In this document: in pieces, positions 58,238 to 64,000 of the stretch
Position numbering within the stretch: the stretch's first letter is position 1
How the letters are laid out: every line of letters begins with the position of its first letter
Sequence record: NC_041917.1
Direction: 5' to 3' (one strand)
DNA: 64,000 nt
Notes under the pieces: model-generated
Seen by the model: only the letters and a program-made list of their open reading frames with translations
What the model was told of the DNA's origin: nothing
Database searches by the model: none
Position numbers and translations under genes: made by a program

Positions 58238-58558
58238 ATGGAGTCAAAAGTACTTAACGCCTGCAAAGGTAAAGTTCTAGTATCTGATTTAGATTCAGGT
58301 GAACAAGTTTTAAAATCCGGTATTGTCCTACGTGATGATGACGGTAAAGTACGTGGTGTACATAGTCGTTGGGCTAAAGTATATTCCGTAGGTGAAGATG
58401 TAACCGATCTTAAAGCTGGTGAATGGATTTTGGTATCTCATGGTAGATGGTCAAGAACTATTACAGTAGACGGTGTATCATTAAATTTAGTAGATTATCC
58501 TAAAGGTATCTTAGCAGCCTGTGATGAACGGCCTGACTTCCTTGGATTAGGATATTAA
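58238..58558 (+). CDS. Second, divergent GroES-like co-chaperonin
   Basis: KVLV...EQVLKSGIVL...AKVYSVGEDVTDLKAGEWILV has the Cpn10 pattern. Confidence 0.72.
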   Translation: MESKVLNACKGKVLVSDLDSGEQVLKSGIVLRDDDGKVRGVHSRWAKVYSVGEDVTDLKAGEWILVSHGRWSRTITVDGVSLNLVDYPKGILAACDERPDFLGLGY

Positions 58559-58564
58559 TAACTT

Positions 58565-58591
58565 GCCCTGCATATGCAGGGCTTTCTTTTT
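58565..58591 (+). terminator. Rho-independent terminator
   Basis: GCCCTGC-ATAT-GCAGGGC followed by TTTCTTTTT. Confidence 0.7.
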
Positions 58592-58603
58592 GTCGGTACT
58601 TTT

Positions 58604-58894
58604 ATGAGCGTAACTACAGATAACAAATTCAATTTTTATGATGTTAAGTTGGTTTCAACTAATAAATCTGGAAAGTTCTACTTTGAAGCTGCAAAGAATA
58701 GATCTAGAGTTTATGAAGTATCAGAGGATTTATTCAAAACAATGCTGGTTGCAGCAGCACAAAGAAGAAACACCAGTGAAGATTCAAGTGCATTAGCAAA
58801 TTCATTTGATTATCTTTTTGACCAACTAGAAATGACCGAAGAAATTTTTACAGCTTTACTATATCCAGAATGGATTAATGAAAACAAGGAATGA
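58604..58894 (+). CDS. Hypothetical protein
   Basis: ORF coupled to the clamp loader; weak SD, so the start is uncertain. Confidence 0.55.
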   Translation: MSVTTDNKFNFYDVKLVSTNKSGKFYFEAAKNRSRVYEVSEDLFKTMLVAAAQRRNTSEDSSALANSFDYLFDQLEMTEEIFTALLYPEWINENKE

Positions 58895-59850
58895 TTATGA
58901 CCAGTCTATGGACAGAGAAGTACCGCCCAAATAATGTTGACGAATACGTATTCAAGAATCCAGCTTTTAAACTAAAGATGGAAGAATGGATCAGTACTGG
59001 TCAAATTCCACATATTGGACTATTTGGACCAGCAGGTACAGGTAAGACTTCTGCCATTAAAGTACTAATTAATGGATTAGTCGAGAACGGATTCGTAGAT
59101 CCATCCGATGTAACAACACTAAACATGTCAGATGAAGGTATGGATGCAGTACGTGATAAAATAGATGCTGCTGCTAGACTATCTGCATTTGGTGATTACC
59201 GTATCTTTGTACTTGAAGAAATGGAACAAATGGGTTTAAAAGCTCAAGGTTCCCTAAAACGTATTATGGAAGATTATCACGAGAATGCTAGATTCATTCT
59301 TACTTCCAATGAACCACACAAAATTATCAAACCAATTATCTCGCGTGTTCAATCTATCATGATTGAAAAACATGATCAAGATGAATTTACTACTCGCATC
59401 ATTGAGATTCTTATCAATGAAGGTGTAGAACTAGATACTGAAGAAAGTTTAGATCTAGTTAATAAGTACATTAAATGTACATTCCCTGACTTCCGCAAAA
59501 CATTAAACACGTTGCAAAGTTCAGTAGTTGGTGGTAAGCTAGTACGTCTAGAGGAATCTATTGACAGTACTGCGAGCTATCGTGCAGCTATTATTGATGC
59601 ACTTAAAGAAGGTAATATTCGTCAAATGCGTGAACGTATTGTTCAGAATATTCCCGAAGATGAAATTGATGGATTCTTCTCATTCTTATATCAGAATGTA
59701 GATATGTTTACTACTGATGAAATCAAAGAAATGAAAATCAAGGTTAAGATTCGTGATGCTGTTGTAAAACAAGCGAACGTTTCTGATAGAGAAATGAATC
59801 TATCTGCACTTCTATGTGAAGTTGACCTTATTTGCCACGATCAAATGTAA
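58891..59850 (+). CDS. 44: Clamp loader AAA+ subunit (gp44/RFC-like)
   Basis: LWTEKYRP, GPAGTGKTS, LEEMEQM, ARFILTSN, PIISRVQ, FPDFRK. Confidence 0.95.
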   Translation: MIMTSLWTEKYRPNNVDEYVFKNPAFKLKMEEWISTGQIPHIGLFGPAGTGKTSAIKVLINGLVENGFVDPSDVTTLNMSDEGMDAVRDKIDAAARLSAFGDYRIFVLEEMEQMGLKAQGSLKRIMEDYHENARFILTSNEPHKIIKPIISRVQSIMIEKHDQDEFTTRIIEILINEGVELDTEESLDLVNKYIKCTFPDFRKTLNTLQSSVVGGKLVRLEESIDSTASYRAAIIDALKEGNIRQMRERIVQNIPEDEIDGFFSFLYQNVDMFTTDEIKEMKIKVKIRDAVVKQANVSDREMNLSALLCEVDLICHDQM

Positions 59851-59861
59851 TAGGAAATTAA

Positions 59862-60485
59862 ATGCAAAACATGAAAAAGAAAGCAGTCATTTTTGACTGT
59901 GATGAAATTCTGTTAAATCATCTAGGTGGTTTTAAAAAGTACGTTCAGAAGTACTATGATATTGAAACTATCGGTGAGCCAATGCAATACAATTTACAAG
60001 ATTGGTTACGCTGCGATGGTGAACAAGTGATGGATCTGTTGAAGAATTTCAACTTCTATTCATATGAGTTTGGACTTCTTGAACCTATGGATGAATTTAC
60101 AGTTCAACGTATGAAAGAACTACGTGAAAATCATCCAGATGTTGAATTTATTGTAGTGACAAAAAGTGGTACATTCGGACATGGTGAAGTACTACGTAAG
60201 GTAAACTTACATAATGTATTTGGTGATATGTTTGATGATATTATTATTCTTGAAAACTATGCATCTAAGCGTGGAACATATAATAAGTTAATGAAACAAT
60301 ACAATGTTATTACTGTTGTTGATGATCATCTAGCAAATATTGATGTAGCAAAGCAATTAGGCTTAGATGCAGTAGTCTTGGAATGTTCACATAATGTTAC
60401 AGAGAAGGATAATCCTTTTTACAATTATGTTCAAAATTGGAATGAAATGTACAATTACATTGATGCAAAAATCAAAGGGGAGTGA
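59862..60485 (+). CDS. HAD-superfamily 5'(3')-deoxyribonucleotidase-like protein
   Basis: IFDCDEILLN (motif I), VVTKS, VVDDHLANI. Confidence 0.8.
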   Translation: MQNMKKKAVIFDCDEILLNHLGGFKKYVQKYYDIETIGEPMQYNLQDWLRCDGEQVMDLLKNFNFYSYEFGLLEPMDEFTVQRMKELRENHPDVEFIVVTKSGTFGHGEVLRKVNLHNVFGDMFDDIIILENYASKRGTYNKLMKQYNVITVVDDHLANIDVAKQLGLDAVVLECSHNVTEKDNPFYNYVQNWNEMYNYIDAKIKGE

Positions 60486-60495
60486 TCCCCTTTTT
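60474..60495 (+). terminator. Rho-independent terminator
   Basis: AAAGGGGA-GTGA-TCCCCTTT followed by TT. Confidence 0.7.
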
Positions 60496-60562
60496 GTATA
60501 AGTAAATAAGGTTATATTATTATGTTTCTCGCATGAGAAATAACCTTAAAGGAAAGATATAC

Positions 60563-61132
60563 ATGGATAGTTCACAAGCAATTCAAAATCTTTACGACCA
60601 AGACGGATTACTAGATATTCTTCTTGGAGTTGAAGAATATTTTGATAATATGGATTTGTATGCTTATAAGAACTGGATATACGGTGAAGTAGTAGAAGGG
60701 CCAATCGTTAGTAAGTATTGGGTTGAAATTACTTTAAAATTTGATCACAATACGTTTCCAGATCCAGTAGCTACACAGATGTTTGAGAGACAAGGAACGA
60801 AAATCTTCATTCGTCCTGATTGGGAAATTTACCCTGTTTCACACCCACGCGGTAATGAAGATATGCAAAGTGTTTTAGGCAATAGCTCAAGTATGAGAAA
60901 ACCTAAAGATGAACGTAAAGCAATTATTTTATATAAATTTCAAATTCCAAGACGTTTAGTTAATCCTGAAAGCTTCGATGAATATAAACTAATGGCATCA
61001 GATTTCAATAGCAATACTATGCAAGCTGAAGCTGATGACCCTGAGAAACAAGAACCTCAAGATCAAGAACAAATGGATCAGCAGGATCAAAGTGATGATA
61101 TTCAATTCGATGACCCACAAGGAGGATTATAA
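60563..61132 (+). CDS. Conserved hypothetical protein
   Basis: DLYAYKNWIYGEVVEGP core; TAAATA at 60503-60508 upstream. Confidence 0.7.
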   Translation: MDSSQAIQNLYDQDGLLDILLGVEEYFDNMDLYAYKNWIYGEVVEGPIVSKYWVEITLKFDHNTFPDPVATQMFERQGTKIFIRPDWEIYPVSHPRGNEDMQSVLGNSSSMRKPKDERKAIILYKFQIPRRLVNPESFDEYKLMASDFNSNTMQAEADDPEKQEPQDQEQMDQQDQSDDIQFDDPQGGL

Positions 61133-61815
61133 TGTCTAAGAGAATTTATGAACGTGCATTAAGACCACTAGTACTAAAAGATTTAGTACACCCTATCATC
61201 AGTGTTGATGAATATACACCAAAAATTGATGATGATAATATCGTAGTATTATTTCAAGTACTAGATAATTTCGATGCTGCTTATGACCTAAGTTCATTTA
61301 TCGAACGTTCACCAGTTGAAGTAATTGATACTGAAGCTGCTGAAACTCCGAATGTTGATGGACGTTATCAGGTTTTTGTTGAGTTTGAACGAAATGGAGA
61401 ATTCCCTGCAAAATTGATAGATTTAATTAAATCAATCGAAAACATTTGTCCTAATCCAGATTGGAAATTACAAATGTACGGTGTTAATGATCCTATAGAT
61501 TTAGATATTGATAAAATTACTGATGGTATGGAACTCGTTAATGAAGAAGATTTGAAAGAATTTTTTGATTTTGCACCTGTAAATGTAGAAATTTTAAAAG
61601 AATCCATTAAACTTAGAAGTGTATATGGTTCAGAATTGCATTACAGCTTAGGTTCAGGTATAGTTAATGAGAGCTACGTTACTGGTCTTCTAAAAGAAGA
61701 AATGACACTAGATGGCACTCGTTTAAGTGCTGTACTAGGAGAAAACTATGACGTGCTAAGAAGTGGGAAAAACTACATTGTAGGCATCAACGGACGTTAT
61801 ATAGTACTAAGATAA
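61132..61815 (+). CDS. Conserved hypothetical protein
   Basis: Coupled ORF; ISVDEYTPKI...AYDLSSFIE. Confidence 0.7.
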   Translation: MSKRIYERALRPLVLKDLVHPIISVDEYTPKIDDDNIVVLFQVLDNFDAAYDLSSFIERSPVEVIDTEAAETPNVDGRYQVFVEFERNGEFPAKLIDLIKSIENICPNPDWKLQMYGVNDPIDLDIDKITDGMELVNEEDLKEFFDFAPVNVEILKESIKLRSVYGSELHYSLGSGIVNESYVTGLLKEEMTLDGTRLSAVLGENYDVLRSGKNYIVGINGRYIVLR

Positions 61816-62609
61816 TGAAAATATATAATATGTTAATTGCACTACATGAAAGTACTAAAACATCAATACAACAGTATGGTAATGTTGGTTTGAGTAAGCG
61901 TCTATATGTTAGGACGTATGAAATCAACAGAATCGGAAAGAATTATGATGAAGTAAATCGCAATGATGTAAGTACCGAGATGGTTCTCAAAGCATATTTG
62001 GCACGTAAAGTATACATTAATGAAAAATACCTTAGAGGAAGATTTTTAATTGATGAATTTTATGAGCAAGAGGTAGAATTCACTGAAGGTTTATGGAGAA
62101 TATTCTCTATGGAAGTATTCGGTGAACTTCTTCCAGAGTTACCAGTACCTACTACATATAAAGAATTACAACATATATTTGATCATAGTGATATGTATAA
62201 AGAATTCAATTTATACACTACGGTCAAAGAAGCAGTTATTCATAATCAAATAGCTGATTCCGATAAATGTGTTAGTATTAGAGATTTCGATTTATTTTGT
62301 TCATTACCAGGAATTCCTGGTTGGACTTCAGTACAGCATGGTGCAAGCCTTGTTGACGGTCGCACAGAAGCCCCACAAAGGCTACTACAAGCGTGTATGG
62401 GAATGTATAGATATGATTATCTGAAATGCCCTGAACCGTATGAAAACTTCTGGAAAGAACGTGCAGAGGCTGCAATGAAAAAAGCAGTTGCAATTTTGGA
62501 AAGAACGTATATAATAAAATTTAGAAATGCAACGATGTACGGCATGACGCCTGTACCGGAAAGATTTGATCCGGTAACCTCGTTTCATTGGAATATCAAA
62601 AGGACGTGA
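61815..62609 (+). CDS. Hypothetical protein
   Basis: Coupled ORF ending at a terminator. Confidence 0.65.
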   Translation: MKIYNMLIALHESTKTSIQQYGNVGLSKRLYVRTYEINRIGKNYDEVNRNDVSTEMVLKAYLARKVYINEKYLRGRFLIDEFYEQEVEFTEGLWRIFSMEVFGELLPELPVPTTYKELQHIFDHSDMYKEFNLYTTVKEAVIHNQIADSDKCVSIRDFDLFCSLPGIPGWTSVQHGASLVDGRTEAPQRLLQACMGMYRYDYLKCPEPYENFWKERAEAAMKKAVAILERTYIIKFRNATMYGMTPVPERFDPVTSFHWNIKRT

Positions 62610-62629
62610 ATTTATTTTCGTCCTTTTTT
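62598..62629 (+). terminator. Terminator
   Basis: AAAAGGACG/CGTCCTTTT stem followed by a T-tract. Confidence 0.65.
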
Positions 62630-62639
62630 ATTTTCTCCC

Positions 62640-62668
62640 TTGACAGGGGTCACTTTTAAGCGTAGAAT
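62640..62668 (+). promoter_or_regulatory. Canonical sigma70 (early) promoter TTGACA-N17-TAGAAT
   Basis: Exact -35 with 17-nt spacer. Confidence 0.75.
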
Positions 62669-62698
62669 GTACCACATGAACACAGCGTAACAAAGTAC

Positions 62699-62727
62699 TT
62701 GACAAAACGCTGAGTTCAATATAAAAT
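62699..62727 (+). promoter_or_regulatory. Canonical sigma70 (early) promoter TTGACA-N17-TAAAAT
   Basis: Exact -35 with 17-nt spacer, tandem with 62640. Confidence 0.7.
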
Positions 62728-62759
62728 CTTTCGAGTCAAAACCTAAAAAGGAAAAAGTA

Positions 62760-63350
62760 ATGAAAACTGTAAATTTCTTGTACACTGAAGGCGTTTCTTA
62801 CAAAGCAACCAACGTTGAAAACATCGAGTCCGATGGTTATACTGTTGATTATTCTCGTTCTGTTCAGAACGAATCTGGTACAGTTGTTGGGGTTGACTTC
62901 CGTTCTGTCAGTACCGAAGATTTGCTTTTCGCTACTGTAAAAGATCATAGTACTGGTATTGTTACAATCATCCCTGGTATCTACGATCATTTCGATATTG
63001 TGCCTAAAGGTAACGCAGTTACTCGTCAACAAAATATCGAACGCGAAGCGGCTGCCGTTGCAGCAAATCGTGCAGCAAAGGCACCAGAACGTAACGCTAA
63101 AGAACTTGCTAAGTTCGAAGCTCGCCGTGCAGCACGTAAAGCAGCATGGGAAGCTGAAAACGGCGTAACCCCTGTTGCCCCTGCACCAACACCACGAGCC
63201 AAGGCTGTAGCTCCAGAAGCTCCTGTAATGATGATGAAAGCAGAGCCGACTCCTGCACCATCTGCAAATACTGCGATTGAACAGCTACGTAATGCTGGCG
63301 TTTCTGAAAGTGACATTGCAGTACTAAAATCTCTAAACGTGTTGAAATAA
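62760..63350 (+). CDS. Early hypothetical protein with an Ala/Pro-rich tail
   Basis: SD AAGGA; downstream of tandem sigma70 promoters. Confidence 0.75.
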   Translation: MKTVNFLYTEGVSYKATNVENIESDGYTVDYSRSVQNESGTVVGVDFRSVSTEDLLFATVKDHSTGIVTIIPGIYDHFDIVPKGNAVTRQQNIEREAAAVAANRAAKAPERNAKELAKFEARRAARKAAWEAENGVTPVAPAPTPRAKAVAPEAPVMMMKAEPTPAPSANTAIEQLRNAGVSESDIAVLKSLNVLK

Positions 63351-63379
63351 TTTGACACTCTGATAAAAAAGGATATATA

Positions 63380-63580
63380 ATGGAAACCGGAAAATACTTA
63401 GTAGTATCGCGTGATAAGACAACCAAGCGTTGTTCTATGTCTGCATCACCAAAAGAGCATAGCACTGAAGCAGTTGCGAAAGCAGAAGCGGCACGTCTAG
63501 CTCAAGAAAACCAAGAAAAAGAATTCACTGTTGTACGTGTAGTCGCTACAGCAACAGTTGCTAAGGTTTCTTGGCGTTAA
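63380..63580 (+). CDS. Small early hypothetical protein
   Basis: SD AAGGA; 66 aa. Confidence 0.7.
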   Translation: METGKYLVVSRDKTTKRCSMSASPKEHSTEAVAKAEAARLAQENQEKEFTVVRVVATATVAKVSWR

Positions 63581-63586
63581 TTACAA

Positions 63587-63615
63587 CGGGGAGTTCTAGA
63601 ACTCCCCGATCTTTT
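63587..63615 (+). terminator. Hairpin or terminator (perfect 22-bp palindrome)
   Basis: CGGGGAGTTCTAGAACTCCCCG followed by ATCTTTT. Confidence 0.65.
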
Positions 63616-63639
63616 AAGTAAACAGCGAGATTAAAATCC

Positions 63640-64000
63640 ATGAAAGGCAAATATTTTTTCAAAGATACAAATGGAAATCCTGTCGAAATTCAAGAATTCG
63701 ACTACGAGTATGTTCGTAATTCTTTGCTAAAAGTTTTTGATAAAAATGTCGCAAAGAAATACATCTTTAATGTGGTCGTCCGTCGTGATTATGATTCGAT
63801 GGGATTACCAGTTTTTGATGTTCGTCCATTAAATTTAAATGAAATCTATTATGATAGTACACGTCTTCGTGTACTAGAAATGATGCTTGATGACATTTAC
63901 TTTGGTCGCATCTCTATCAAAGAACTGGCAGTTCCACGGTTGCAGCAAGAATATAACGAATTCTTGGAAGGTCGCACTAAACCCGCACCTGTTCCGGCAA
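63640..64000 (+). CDS. Hypothetical protein, 3'-truncated by the window edge
   Basis: ATG 63640 opens a frame (MKGKYFFKDTNGNPVEI...) with no stop before base 64000. Confidence 0.65.
   Translation, partial: MKGKYFFKDTNGNPVEIQEFDYEYVRNSLLKVFDKNVAKKYIFNVVVRRDYDSMGLPVFDVRPLNLNEIYYDSTRLRVLEMMLDDIYFGRISIKELAVPRLQQEYNEFLEGRTKPAPVPA

Noticed and set aside
63352-63381. TTGACA...TATAAT upstream of the 63380 gene as a third early promoter
   Set aside because: The spacer is 18 nt and the -10 overlaps the start codon, leaving no room for an SD-containing leader; left unlisted.

Overview
This 64 kb window is a gene-dense, AT-rich, mostly plus-strand segment of a lytic jumbo myophage genome with a distantly T4-like core. 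By gene content and order it most resembles the RaK2/GAP32/121Q-type enterobacterial jumbo phages; this is an inference from recall, with no search run. It begins inside a tail-fibre gene. It then runs through the replication and recombination core: family-B DNA polymerase, clamp, clamp loader, T4-type RNase H, gp32, UvsX/Y/W, primase, gp41 helicase, Dda and topoisomerase II. It also carries the large terminase, nucleotide metabolism genes (NrdAB, DHFR, RNase HI, MazG-like, HAD nucleotidase), host-takeover genes (IF3, ClpS-like, two GroES-like) and many probable virion or internal-head genes. It ends at an early-type region with canonical sigma70 promoters. No tRNA, rRNA, CRISPR array, intron, intein or transposase was seen. 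The most notable observations are: (1) a minimal DnaE/PolIII-alpha-like polymerase split cleanly into two genes 33 kb apart; (2) twelve copies of a non-canonical promoter, TGRAAY-N17-TATAAT with extended -10 TG, in front of replication genes; (3) roughly 10-fold hand-counted excess of the palindrome AGTACT; (4) a catalytically degenerate terminase-ATPase paralog directly upstream of the real terminase; (5) a tandem pair of T4 holin-T-like genes; (6) a small Hfq/Sm-like gene; (7) two paralogous HExxH proteins, one a polyprotein with a GNAT-like tail, that look head-packaged; (8) a T4-style hairpin and late-promoter translational switch.
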